A stretch of DNA of 64,000 nucleotides from contig JAXJYD010000041.1 of the NCBI GenBank assembly GCA_036307105.1, forward strand, positions 32,772 through 96,771. The letters are read 5' to 3'. This DNA comes from Clostridia bacterium. GTDB lineage: Bacteria > Bacillota > Clostridia > TANB77 > CAG-508. Within the stretch, counting starts at the first letter, position 1. Each line of letters opens with the position of its first letter. The notes beneath the pieces were generated by a model. It searched no databases and had not been told where the DNA came from. It saw only the letters and a list, made by a program, of their open reading frames with translations. Shown piece after piece: positions 1 through 10,269 of this stretch. Position numbers and translations under genes: made by a program.

Positions 1-386
1 AAATCCATATCTCCAAGTTCTATAATAATTTCACAAGCAATATCATTTTGAGAATTACATACTTTTTGAAAGTAATCTTTAACTTGTCTATCAGCTCTTG
101 TCTTGCTATTATATTCAATTCTGGCTTGTTCAAATTCATCTAAATAGACTTGTTTAACATCTTCTACAATATCATTAGTTCCTTAAATAGTCGTAATTAA
201 ATCTCTTTGATTATCATAATCTCGTAAATTGTGCTTATTTACTCTTGATAAATCATTTGCATTTGGAATAGCATTATTTGAAAGGGAAGTAGTACCAGAT
301 ACATTTCCTTTAAATACTTTCTTTGCTAATTTACTTTTGTTTTTATCACTACCCAAATGAAAAGAATAGGCTAATTCTTGTTCCAT
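1..386 (-). pseudogene. MobV/Pre-family relaxase, 5' part of a second copy; runs off the left edge and has an in-frame TAA (183-185) where the intact copy has Tyr
   Basis: About 90 percent DNA identity by eye to 5941-6324. It translates MEQELAYSFHLGSDKNKSKLAKK...ITTI*GTNDIVEDV, against ITTIYGTNDIV in the intact copy. Confidence 0.8.
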
Positions 387-414
387 CAAAAGCACCTCCT
401 TGAAATTTCTTCGT

Positions 415-480
415 AGGCACAGGACTTTGATCTTGTCATAAGTCCTAACCCAGTAGGAGTTAATTAAGTACACTTTATAA
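415..480. other. oriT-like region, copy 1 (hairpin AGGACTT-N12-AAGTCCT followed by AAGTACACTTTATAAA)
   Basis: Inverted repeat at 421-427 and 440-446 directly upstream of the mob start. It is duplicated at 6350-6418. Confidence 0.55.
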
Positions 481-698
481 ATTATGGAATTAATTACAGT
501 TTGCAATGATATAAAATATAGTTTTAAAAAGTAGTAGAATGAATTTTTAAAAACTAAAAATCGAACTCTTTGATTTGATTTCAAAAGAGTTCGAATAATA
601 TGTTATTGGAGCGATAGTCGTAGATATTTACAACTTTTTAGCTCGATTAACGATTGATATAAAAATCAATCAACTTATTTATATAATATTATTAATAT

Positions 699-1811
699 TT
701 AGCATTTCCAATTTATATCATTATATGGCTTTGCACTATATCCTTCATCTTGTAATTTCTTTACCATCTTATCTAGTTTTATCTTCCATATACTTTTAAA
801 CCATTTTGTTTTACCAAATAATTTTACAATTGTTGGACTAATTGCATAGTATGTTTTTATAAATAATCTACCATACCATGTTTCTGCTAAACAATAATCT
901 CTATATCTTCTTAAAGTCCATACTTGAGGGCAGTCATAAGAACCATAAACACATGTTGCAACATAGCAACCTGCTTTAGCTTGTTTTTGCATAACTGGTG
1001 CAACATATTCTGGCTCTAATTTTTTTATTTCTAAAACATAATTATCATATTTTTCTATTAAAGGTGCCCTTAATTCATTCTTATACCAAATCCATCCATA
1101 TGTAGCACCATATTGGTTATATCCAGATTTATACTTACGACTAGCACAGATTTCGCATAAATATGTTACAAGATTTTTTAAAATTACTAAGTATAAATCT
1201 TTTGTTTCATCGTTTGCAATATATTCCTTTATTATTTCTTTTGCATATTCCTCGCAATCTATTAATTGTTGCAAATGTCCCCAATAATCAGGTGCAGCTG
1301 ATTCAAGTTCCCAAAATTCATTATAATGATTTTGAGCTAATGCACAGAAAGCAACACATACTTTATTAATATCATCAGCCATTTGATAACAAACTTTTTC
1401 TTTGTTCTCTAATTCTATATTTTGTATTTCTATAATATTAAATGCATTTTTACATGCTTTAATAGTTTCATCAACTCTAAAATTTGCAAGTGTAGATTGC
1501 CAAGCAGCACATACACCTTTTTTATATACGTACTCCCAATTATCGCTATCCATTTCTAATAATTTTTCATAGTAATTATATGCTTGGTCATAAAGTTTGT
1601 CTTTAAATGACCTTTCAGCTAATTTTTCATAATTTTTTTGCTTATCAGAAACATCAATATTAACAGTTCCAGTTACCTCTACCGTTCCTTCTATCATCAT
1701 CTTTTTTGCATCTTCAGGGCTATATTTAGTATGACAAAATTGGCATTCATACTCACCATTTACTTTTTTAAAATCATTTGAACCACATAATTCACATTTT
1801 ATAACTTTCAA
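699..1811 (-). CDS. Zn-ribbon / TPR-like protein with a Cys-rich C-terminal domain (CYVATCVYGSYDCPQVWTLRRYRDYC)
   Basis: N-terminal CxxC-N13-CxxC motif (CELCGS...CQFCHTKY) and a helical repeat-like middle region. It lies 18 nt downstream of the SPFH gene, so it is probably co-transcribed. Confidence 0.7.
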   Translation of the reverse strand: MKVIKCELCGSNDFKKVNGEYECQFCHTKYSPEDAKKMMIEGTVEVTGTVNIDVSDKQKNYEKLAERSFKDKLYDQAYNYYEKLLEMDSDNWEYVYKKGVCAAWQSTLANFRVDETIKACKNAFNIIEIQNIELENKEKVCYQMADDINKVCVAFCALAQNHYNEFWELESAAPDYWGHLQQLIDCEEYAKEIIKEYIANDETKDLYLVILKNLVTYLCEICASRKYKSGYNQYGATYGWIWYKNELRAPLIEKYDNYVLEIKKLEPEYVAPVMQKQAKAGCYVATCVYGSYDCPQVWTLRRYRDYCLAETWYGRLFIKTYYAISPTIVKLFGKTKWFKSIWKIKLDKMVKKLQDEGYSAKPYNDINWKC

Positions 1812-1829
1812 AACTTACCTCCTATAATA

Positions 1830-2975
1830 CTAAATTCCTAAATATTTTTTCTTTGCTTTATCAAATTCTTCCTGCGTAATTACTCCATCATCAAATAATT
1901 GTTTTAGCTGTTTTAATTTTTCAACATCAATTTCATTTTTAGTTGAATTCTGTTTTGTCTCTCCAACAGAGTTACCTAATGCATTTAATCCCATTCCCAT
2001 AAATGCTATATTTGAACCTCCTGAATGTGAACCAGCTTCTTCAATTCCTCTTGCTATTGATTGTTTCATAAAAGTATCACTTCTATTTCCTGATAATGCT
2101 TCAGCTTTATTTACATCATTTAATAGTTTCCTTGACTCTTCATCATAATCTATACCCGCAATTGCAACTTTTACTATTTCAATGCCTCTATCTTCTTTCC
2201 ACTTATATTCTTTTTCAATAACATTAGCCAATGATTTTGCAAATCCAACTTGGTCACTTTGTATTTTCATTATTTGATTTTTTTTATTATCTTCATTAAC
2301 ATAGTTAGAAAAAGCAGCTGATAGACAAGAAACAATTTCATTAAATAATTGAACAGAAGTTTTATCTTCTCCATACTCCATATCAAAATAATTTGATTCT
2401 GGTCTTAAATATTTTGCAGGAACAAAATTTTTAATAAATAATATAGGATCACTTATTTTTATTGAATAAACGCCTCTAGTTTTAGCACCTACTTGTGCAT
2501 TAATGTATTTATCATTCCAATAAATTTCAGATTGTGTTCCAAATTTATTTCCAGGTATTTCTTTAAGATTTACATATACAGCTGTTTGCTCGGATCTTGG
2601 TACTCCTCCATATTTAAATCTTTCCCATGAGGTCTTTAATGTTGATGATATTATTCCATTTCCTGCAAAAAAAGATTTAGAATCTTGATTCTTTGAAGAA
2701 AAAATAAATCCTCCTGGTTCTGTTATACAACCTGTTATTGCACCATCTTGCATAGTAATAAGTGCTGTACCTTCTGGAACAATTATTTTACTACCATTTG
2801 TAATAATATTTTCACTCTTTTTTTCATTCACACCTCTATCATTGTTTTTTACATTTAAAACAGCTTTATAAACAGAAGCAGTAGAAGGAACATTTTCAAT
2901 TGGAACAATAAATTCTTTCCATTGCTCTGCAAAGCTTCCTCCTAATGCATTAGAAAATGCTTTTATAAATCCCAT
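1830..2975 (-). CDS. SPFH (band-7)-like protein with C-terminal SHOCT domain
   Basis: N-terminus MGFIKAFSNALGG...EQWKEFI resembles COG4260/YdjI-type SPFH proteins. The C-terminus LKQLFDDGVITQEEFDKAKKKYLGI is a typical SHOCT. An RBS (GGAGGTG) lies upstream. Confidence 0.75.
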   Translation of the reverse strand: MGFIKAFSNALGGSFAEQWKEFIVPIENVPSTASVYKAVLNVKNNDRGVNEKKSENIITNGSKIIVPEGTALITMQDGAITGCITEPGGFIFSSKNQDSKSFFAGNGIISSTLKTSWERFKYGGVPRSEQTAVYVNLKEIPGNKFGTQSEIYWNDKYINAQVGAKTRGVYSIKISDPILFIKNFVPAKYLRPESNYFDMEYGEDKTSVQLFNEIVSCLSAAFSNYVNEDNKKNQIMKIQSDQVGFAKSLANVIEKEYKWKEDRGIEIVKVAIAGIDYDEESRKLLNDVNKAEALSGNRSDTFMKQSIARGIEEAGSHSGGSNIAFMGMGLNALGNSVGETKQNSTKNEIDVEKLKQLKQLFDDGVITQEEFDKAKKKYLGI

Positions 2976-3198
2976 TTCATCACCTCCTAAAAACTAATAT
3001 ATTAATATTTTTATATAGTTTATCATTAAATAAAAAAAAATGGAATACTTTGTCGAAAATTTTACAGATTTCTTTATTTATTATTTAGCTAAAACTTAAT
3101 AAGTTTTAGTGGAGTTAAATTTCATAAGATTAAACTTTATAATTTATATATAAATAATTTTTAAATTATAAAACATAATATTGATTGGAGGGTAATAT

Positions 3199-3459
3199 AT
3201 GACTTCAATGGAACTAGTTGGACTAAATACAAAGTGGTATAGATATAAAAACAATTTAACTCAAGAACAATATGCAAATAAAACAAAGTTTAAAATGGCT
3301 TATATTAGTGTTATTGAAACTGGAAATGCTAATTTAACTTGCAAAAATATAGATTTTATTGCAAAATCGTTTAAAATAAAACCTGAAGCTCTATTTAATG
3401 AGGAAACAGCAAAATCAGCTAAAAAACTACCTGTTAGAGTTGATATGTATAAAAAATAG
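3199..3459 (+). CDS. Small XRE-family helix-turn-helix regulator
   Basis: HTH_3-like segment LTQEQYANKTKFKMAYISVIETGNANLT and an RBS (GGAGGG) upstream. Confidence 0.6.
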   Translation: MTSMELVGLNTKWYRYKNNLTQEQYANKTKFKMAYISVIETGNANLTCKNIDFIAKSFKIKPEALFNEETAKSAKKLPVRVDMYKK

Positions 3460-3493
3460 ATACACTTAATTTTTAAAGTGTATCTATTTTTTA

Positions 3494-4516
3494 TTAGTTA
3501 ACATCATCAAGATTAATATGTCTATTTATATCTTCTTCAGTAGGTAATTTTTCTAATATTTCTTTTGGTAATTTGTTTCTGACTTCATACGAAGTAACAC
3601 CTATTGGAGAATTTGTACTTTCTAATGCCCATTCAACAGATAATTTATCTTTTCCTTTACATAGCAATAATCCTATTGTTTGATTGTCTTGTTCTTTTTT
3701 TAATGTTTTATCAACAGCTGTTGTATAGAAACTTAATTGTCCAATAAATTCTGGTTTAAATTCTACATTTTTTAATTCTACAACAATATAACATCTTAAA
3801 TCCAAATGATAAAATAGCATATCAATGTGGTAATCCTGATTTTCAGTAGAAATCTTGTATTGGTTTCCAACGAAGCTAAATCCTTTACCTAATTCAAGCA
3901 AAACGTTTTTTATTCTTTCCATCATTGCATTTTCAATGTCTTTTTCAACGGCTTCTTCTTTAATTCCCTCTAGTTCAAATATATATGGATCTTTTATTAC
4001 ATCTCTTGCTAGTTCACTTTGAGTAATAGGAAGTTTATCTTTAAAGTTAGTTAATTTGTCTGCAATTGCTTGTCTTTCATATAATTGCAAATCTATTTGA
4101 TGGTCTAAAACTGTTTTTGCCCAACCATTTTCTAAGCATTTTTCAGCATACCAATTTCTGACATTATCATCTTTAATTTTTTCTAACAAAATACAATTAT
4201 GTGTCCAAGGCAATTTTGCCACTGCTGGTGGCAAAATTGATAAATCTTTGTATTTTTCATAAAAGTTCTTCATTCTTGCTAAATTTCTTGTAGAAAAGCC
4301 TGTAGTTTCTGGAAATTCAAGTCTTAAAGAATTTGAAAAATTTTCAATAAATTTGTTTCCATATTTTGCATTTTCACTAACAATTTTGCCAATTCTAAAA
4401 TATAATTTAATTAATTCCATATTAGCATTTTCTTGTATTTCATATCTGGTTTTTAAAATATCTTGTTTAACAGATAATACAAGACTCTTAAAATCATTAT
4501 CTATCATATTTTCCAT
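3494..4516 (-). CDS. YhcG/DUF1016-type PD-(D/E)XK nuclease-fold protein
   Basis: Characteristic family segments: LIKLYFRIGKIV, GFSTRNLARMKNFY, LPWTHNCILLEK, DPYIFELEG, GKGFSFVGNQYKI, HIDMLFYHLDLRCYIVVELK. Confidence 0.85.
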   Translation of the reverse strand: MENMIDNDFKSLVLSVKQDILKTRYEIQENANMELIKLYFRIGKIVSENAKYGNKFIENFSNSLRLEFPETTGFSTRNLARMKNFYEKYKDLSILPPAVAKLPWTHNCILLEKIKDDNVRNWYAEKCLENGWAKTVLDHQIDLQLYERQAIADKLTNFKDKLPITQSELARDVIKDPYIFELEGIKEEAVEKDIENAMMERIKNVLLELGKGFSFVGNQYKISTENQDYHIDMLFYHLDLRCYIVVELKNVEFKPEFIGQLSFYTTAVDKTLKKEQDNQTIGLLLCKGKDKLSVEWALESTNSPIGVTSYEVRNKLPKEILEKLPTEEDINRHINLDDVN

Positions 4517-4621
4517 AGAATCCTCTTTTCTTTTTTAATTTTGCCACTGCTGGTGGCAAAATTAAAATTACAATTATTTTTTGTTATTATACCACATTTT
4601 ATGAAAATTTTATTTATTTTT

Positions 4622-4921
4622 TTATATTTTTACTGAATTAAACAAATATAATGCTGTTTTGTTTATTTCTGATTGTTCCATTTCAATAATTCTAGCCATT
4701 GTAAACATTACTAATTTATATTTAGCAAAGTTTACTAGAGTTGTTCTATATTTTTCATCTATTTCTTTTAGTTTAGTATCAAATTTTTCATACATTTCAT
4801 CTCTATTATACAAAATATTTGACCAATCACTTGTAGTTAAGCAAATTCCTAACCTTAATTTATCTTTGATGTCCATATCATTTATTATAGATATTAAATA
4901 TTTTACTTTTTCTTGTTCCAT
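4622..4921 (-). CDS. Hypothetical protein (99 aa) downstream partner of mob
   Basis: ORF with a GGAGGT RBS 8 nt before the ATG. It lies 17 nt from the mob stop. Confidence 0.5.
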   Translation of the reverse strand: MEQEKVKYLISIINDMDIKDKLRLGICLTTSDWSNILYNRDEMYEKFDTKLKEIDEKYRTTLVNFAKYKLVMFTMARIIEMEQSEINKTALYLFNSVKI

Positions 4922-4938
4922 TTTCTATTACCTCCATT

Positions 4939-6324
4939 TTAGAATCTTGTATCATTGTTTTTCTTTCTATTCTTTTCAGCTTTGTTTTGATTTGGTATAG
5001 TTACTTTTCTTAAAATGTTATTAGCTATTTCATTATCGTTATCATCAAATATACCATTTTTGTATAAATCATCACTAACTATTTTGTAATTTTGGTTATT
5101 ATCATAAGTTATTCTCTTATGAAAGTGGCTCATTAAACTATGCCAAAAACCTTTGAATCTTTGTAATTGAGATTTTAAGCTTTCTTTTTCTTCTTGTAGT
5201 TTATAAATTATCTTTTCTTTAGCAGATAATTTATCATTTAATTTTTCAATAATTTCGTCTTTTTGTTCTATTTGATATTGAAGTGAACGATTTTCTTGAC
5301 CTACCTCAACTGTATAAAATTCAAAATCTTCAATAGCTATATTCAAGTCATTTACACTCCTAACAGTCTGAGTAACATCAGTTACGTTTTCAATATAATT
5401 TTTGATATTTTCTATATTCTCGTTTGAAATAAGCTTATTATTTTTATCTAGCAAAGGTGATTTTAGAGTATCTAATATTTGAGAAATATCTTTACTTGTA
5501 TTATCAAGTTTTTTAGTTTGTTTATTGGCATTTTCTAACTTTTGTTTTTGCATTTCTAATTTTTTCTTCATTTCTCTGTAATTGCCCATTTCATTAACAT
5601 TGATATCTTGATTTCTACCTTTTTGCTTTGTTTTAAGCTTACTATCAACATCATAGAACTTATTGTATGATTTAATACAAGCATTTCTCATTTTATCTTG
5701 TATTTCAGAAAGTAAGGTTTTAGTAAATAGTTGTGATTTACCGACTTGCTTTTTCATACCTCTTTTACAATTTTCTATTACTGGAACACCTATAACATGC
5801 ATATGTGGTGATGTTTCATCGAAATGAATTGTAGCATTGGCTACCTTAAAAGTAGGCAGTATTTTTGCGAAATCTTTAATTTGCTCATTATATACATCAG
5901 TCATTTTGTATCTATATTCGTTGTTTTTGTCTTGCCAAAAGTCCATATCTCCAAGTTCTATTATAATTTCACAAGCAATATCGTTTTGAGAATCACATAC
6001 TTTTTGAAAATAGTCTTTGACTTGTCTATCAGCTCTTGTTTTAGCATTATATTCAATTCTAGCTTGTTCAAATTCATCTAAATATACTTGTTTAACATCT
6101 TCTACAATATCATTTGTTCCATATATAGTTGTAATAAGTTCTCTTTGATTATCATAATCTCTTAAATTGTGCTTATTCGCTTTTGATAAATCTTTTGCAT
6201 TTTGAATAGCATTATTTGAAAAAGAGGTAGTACCAGATACATTTCCTTTTGATACTTTCTTTGCTAATTTACTTTTATTCTTATCACTACCCAAATGAAA
6301 AGAATAAGCTAATTCTTGTTCCAT
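4939..6324 (-). CDS. MobV/Pre-family plasmid recombination/mobilization relaxase (TnpZ-like)
   Basis: HxDExxPHxH-type motif (IHFDETSPHMHVIGVPV) with a coiled-coil C-terminal half. The start is taken at MEQELAYSF (6324); the track ORF extends to 6357. Confidence 0.88.
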   Translation of the reverse strand: MEQELAYSFHLGSDKNKSKLAKKVSKGNVSGTTSFSNNAIQNAKDLSKANKHNLRDYDNQRELITTIYGTNDIVEDVKQVYLDEFEQARIEYNAKTRADRQVKDYFQKVCDSQNDIACEIIIELGDMDFWQDKNNEYRYKMTDVYNEQIKDFAKILPTFKVANATIHFDETSPHMHVIGVPVIENCKRGMKKQVGKSQLFTKTLLSEIQDKMRNACIKSYNKFYDVDSKLKTKQKGRNQDINVNEMGNYREMKKKLEMQKQKLENANKQTKKLDNTSKDISQILDTLKSPLLDKNNKLISNENIENIKNYIENVTDVTQTVRSVNDLNIAIEDFEFYTVEVGQENRSLQYQIEQKDEIIEKLNDKLSAKEKIIYKLQEEKESLKSQLQRFKGFWHSLMSHFHKRITYDNNQNYKIVSDDLYKNGIFDDNDNEIANNILRKVTIPNQNKAEKNRKKNNDTRF

Positions 6325-6349
6325 TAAAAGCACCTCCTTGAACTTTCTT

Positions 6350-6418
6350 CGAAGCACAGGACTTTGACCTTGTCATAAGTCCTAACCCAGTAAGAATTAT
6401 TTAAGTACACTTTATAAA
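6350..6418. other. oriT-like region, copy 2 (AGGACTT-N12-AAGTCCT plus AAGTACACTTTATAAA)
   Basis: Inverted repeat at 6358-6364 and 6377-6383 immediately upstream of the intact mob gene. This is the usual position of MobV oriT / Tn4451 RS_A. Confidence 0.6.
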
Positions 6419-6497
6419 ATTTAGATTTTTATACAGCTGAAACGGTATAAAATATAGTTCTAAAAGTAGTGGAATTAAATTTTAGGAGGATTTTATT

Positions 6498-6860
6498 ATG
6501 GTAGAGATAACTTATCATAGAGAAGGAGATTATTATATTCCTGATTTATATTTAGAAAAAGAAAATTATAAAAGTGATTATCAAATTGGAAAGTACGGAC
6601 ATTTAAGATTGCAATATTTAAAAGAGCATAAAAATGCTGAATATACTATAATGCTTTTAGAGAATACTTTAAGAAAACATATTGTTGATACAGATATACA
6701 GGATAAAGAAAAACTTGAAATAATTATGAAACAAATGTTAGATAAAAATCCAATTGATGAAAATTTGAAAGAGACTGACCCTTTGAGATGGTGTGGGCTT
6801 ATGAATAATTATAAACATTATGCTGAAGAAATTATATATTCACAATTAATTAACTGTTAG
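6498..6860 (+). CDS. tnpV: TnpV-like transposon protein (Tn4451 family)
   Basis: MVEITYHREGDYYIPDL...IGKYGHLRLQYLKEHK...RWCGLMNNYKHYAEEII matches the TnpV family pattern. An RBS (AGGAGG) is present. Confidence 0.75.
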   Translation: MVEITYHREGDYYIPDLYLEKENYKSDYQIGKYGHLRLQYLKEHKNAEYTIMLLENTLRKHIVDTDIQDKEKLEIIMKQMLDKNPIDENLKETDPLRWCGLMNNYKHYAEEIIYSQLINC

Positions 6861-7116
6861 GCAGTAATAGGGTGAGTAAATTAAATTTTTACTCACCTTA
6901 ATTATATGTCAATAAATCATCATATCAAAATATTGTGGTCATCTTATTTATTATTTTTAAAGTGTAAATATGATAATATTCCTATATGTAAGAAATATAA
7001 ACACCATATTTCTAAAGCAATTACTCCTCCTATTGAAGTTGAGCCATCACTATTAGCAAACACACCTGTAATTTATTGTTAACTTTATATCTATTACATT
7101 CTTCTTATACCATTAA

Positions 7117-7803
7117 TTAAACAATTTTTCCATCTTTTAAATAAATAATCCTATCGCCATATTTTGCAGTTTCTTCTGAATGAGTAACTTGCAGTATTGT
7201 AATATTTTTTTCTTTATTTATTCTTTTAAATAATTCCATTATATCTTTTCCTGATTTACTATCTAAATTACCAGTTGCCTCATCAGCAAGAATAATTTTT
7301 GGATTCAATATTACAGCTCTTGCTATTGCAACTCTTTGCTGTTGTCCTCCTGATAATTCATTTGGAAGTGATTTTCTTTTACTTGTTAATCCTACAATTT
7401 CTAATATTTCATTTAGTTGCTTTTCAAAATCTTTTCTTTTTAATCCTTCCATAATTACAGGAAGCATAATGTTTTCTTCTACAGTTAAATTTTGTACTAA
7501 ATTATAAAATTGAAATATAAAGCCTATTTCTTTTCTTCTTAATTTTGATATTTCAGAATCTTTCATTTTATTTATATCTTTGTCATCTATCTTTATTGTT
7601 CCTGAAGTAGGTTTATCTAATCCTCCTACTAAATATAATAAAGTCGATTTACCACTTCCACTCGCTCCCATTAAGGAAACAAATTCTCCTTGTTCTATGC
7701 TTAAATTAATATTATCTAATACAGATATTTTATTGTTTTGAAAACCTTTGTATACATTTTCTACATTAACTATATTTCCCATCTCTAAATTCTCCTTATT
7801 CAT
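7117..7803 (-). CDS. ABC transporter ATP-binding protein (MacB/FtsE-like)
   Basis: Walker A GASGSGKST, signature LSGGQQQRVAIARA and Walker B ILADEATGNLD. It overlaps the permease stop by 8 nt. Confidence 0.92.
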   Translation of the reverse strand: MNKENLEMGNIVNVENVYKGFQNNKISVLDNINLSIEQGEFVSLMGASGSGKSTLLYLVGGLDKPTSGTIKIDDKDINKMKDSEISKLRRKEIGFIFQFYNLVQNLTVEENIMLPVIMEGLKRKDFEKQLNEILEIVGLTSKRKSLPNELSGGQQQRVAIARAVILNPKIILADEATGNLDSKSGKDIMELFKRINKEKNITILQVTHSEETAKYGDRIIYLKDGKIV

Positions 7804-10256
7804 ATTTTATCTCTTTTACAAGATCTATTTTTCTTATTTTTATTACTGGTACTATTGTTTGTATTATTGTTAATAACAATATAATCATTAATAATACCAT
7901 TACTCCATTAGTTTCAAAAACCATATTTATAAACATAGACATTCCATTTAAAGTTTTTTCCATATATACTTTTAAAATAACACTTAAAGCTACTCCGTTA
8001 ATTGCAGAGATTATAAATGAAATGATGTTTTCTTCTAATGCCATCTTATAAAGCTGTGTTTTCGTCATACAAGTAGAATTTAAAACAGCAAAACCTTTTT
8101 TCCTTTGCATAAATGCTACTAATCCATTATTAATTAATCCAACCATTGCAAGTGCAATTCCTAAAAATAATACTACATATACAATATTCATTATTTGCTG
8201 TGTACTTTCTTTATCTGATCCTATCCATTCTTGATATGATTGTATAGTTACATAATTTTCTTTAATTTCATTCTTTAATTTTTCTTTCATAACATCGTCT
8301 GATAAGCTAGACTTTATTAGAATGGTTTTATAACTATTTTTAAAGAGTTTATTATATTTACCTTTAGAAATCATACCTACACTTCTCATTGATGTTGTAT
8401 CAGTAGAATCAATATATCCCTTTATTGTAAAATAATAATCCTCATCAAAGTATTGTTCTCCATTAATTTTTATTTTATCTCCTAACTTATAACCATTTTT
8501 TATGCAAAATGCTTCATCTAATAAGATTTCATCATCTTTCAATTTGTCCGCTTCTTCTTTATTAAATTTTATACTATCATATAATCTAAATATTGTATCA
8601 TCTTCATTATCATATCCGAAAAATGCAAAGATTTTCTCTTCATCATTTATTTTAAAATATCCCATATTTATATAATAAAAAGCTTTCTCATCTACTCCCT
8701 CTATATCATCTAAATACTTATAGCTTTCTTCTTCGCCTGATAAATTACTTACTCTTATTGTATAATGAGTAACCCTATCAAATCCATCATAAGTATTTGA
8801 TATTGTTTGTGCAATATTATAAACAAAAGTTGTCATTGATATTATTATAAATAGGAGTGTTGCACTCGAAACAGCTATTTTATTATCTGCTACATTTTTA
8901 GAAGCCAAAAAACTAGTTTTTCGATTTTTTAGTATTAAAGATAATATTTTTGAAACAATTTTTATAATTAATGGTATTACCATTACAAATCCTATAACTA
9001 CCAAAACAACTGGTAATAATCCCATTGTAAAGTCATAATTATTATTTATAAAATAAATTACAATTGATAAAATTATAAATATCAAACCAATTACAATTTT
9101 TCTTTTCTTTATTATATATTTAGTATCTTGTGTATCAAATATTATATCTCTAATAGCCTTATTTTTACTTTTTCTCAATTCCATATATGTAATACTAATT
9201 TGAATTAATACTGCAAATAATACAACAATTAGCATATATATTGGCTTAATACCTGCATTGCTTGTTAGTTCTATATCTTCTGATGATATAAATGAATTTG
9301 TTACAGGACCGAATAAGCATATTGGCAATTACGATTCCAATTACACTACTTATAATTGCATAAGCTATATTCTCTAGGTATAACAACATATTTGTCATTT
9401 TTCTACTAGCCCCAATACTTCTAAATGTTCCAATAACCGATATTCTTTCTTCTAATACTAATTTCAAAATAGAATTTATTATATAAAATGCTATTAGTGT
9501 TGTAATTACTAACATTATTATCATCAGACCATTTATTTGAGTTAAAGCGTCTGCTAAACTTGCTTTTACTGTTACAACGCTAAAATCTTTATCTATCTGT
9601 TTTAAATCGTCTTTTGCTAATTCTATGTTATCATCTAGAACGTCGATATATGCTCCCATTATATATGTTTTATTTTCATCTAACACTGCTTTTTCATATT
9701 CATCACTGTTTTCATACATAATTTTATTTGCAGTGTCTATTGAAACTAAATATTTAGGTTGTTCCTCCATTTCATCGGCAAAAATACCATAATTCTCCAC
9801 TATTTGGACAACTTTTAGTTCTTTATTTAAAACATTTATTGTATCATTTACTTTAATGTTCTTAACATCTGCTATTTTTTTTGATATAATTACTTCATTA
9901 TCAATTAAATTAGTCTTTCTATCTGATTTTATCATTTTATTCTGCTGTAAATCTACTATATTCATTCCTATTACATCATTTTTATCTTTTATGTAATGCA
10001 CAATAGGAGCAATGTTATAATTGTCTGATATTCCTTCTATTTTATCTATTTCAAAGGGTGTATCTTTTGATAATAAAACATCTGTTGTTCCTACTGTTTT
10101 CATCAGAAATTCAGTATATTTTTCCAAAATATTGTCTTTTAACGTTAAGCATAGTGTTAATACTACTACTGATAAAGTTAATGATATTATAATCAACAAA
10201 CTCCTTAGTTTTTTCTCTTTCATATTTTTTAATATATATTTTAATATAATCGACAT
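7796..10256 (-). pseudogene. Two-FtsX-domain ABC permease, split into two ORFs by a +1 frame break at in-frame CGG 9309-9311 (pseudogene or recoded CDS)
   Basis: The upstream frame reads ATG CTT ATT CGG TCC. Skipping the C gives ATT GGT CCT GTA ACA and continues as GPVTNSFISSEDIELTS into ORF 7796-9328. Confidence 0.8.
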
Positions 10257-10269
10257 TGTTTTTCCCCTT

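Noticed and set aside
387-584. N-terminal extension of ORF 183-584, and likewise 6325-6357 of the intact mob ORF
   Set aside because: The extension reads through the oriT-like hairpin region. The conserved relaxase N-terminus begins at MEQELAYSF, which has its own RBS (AAGGAGGTG).
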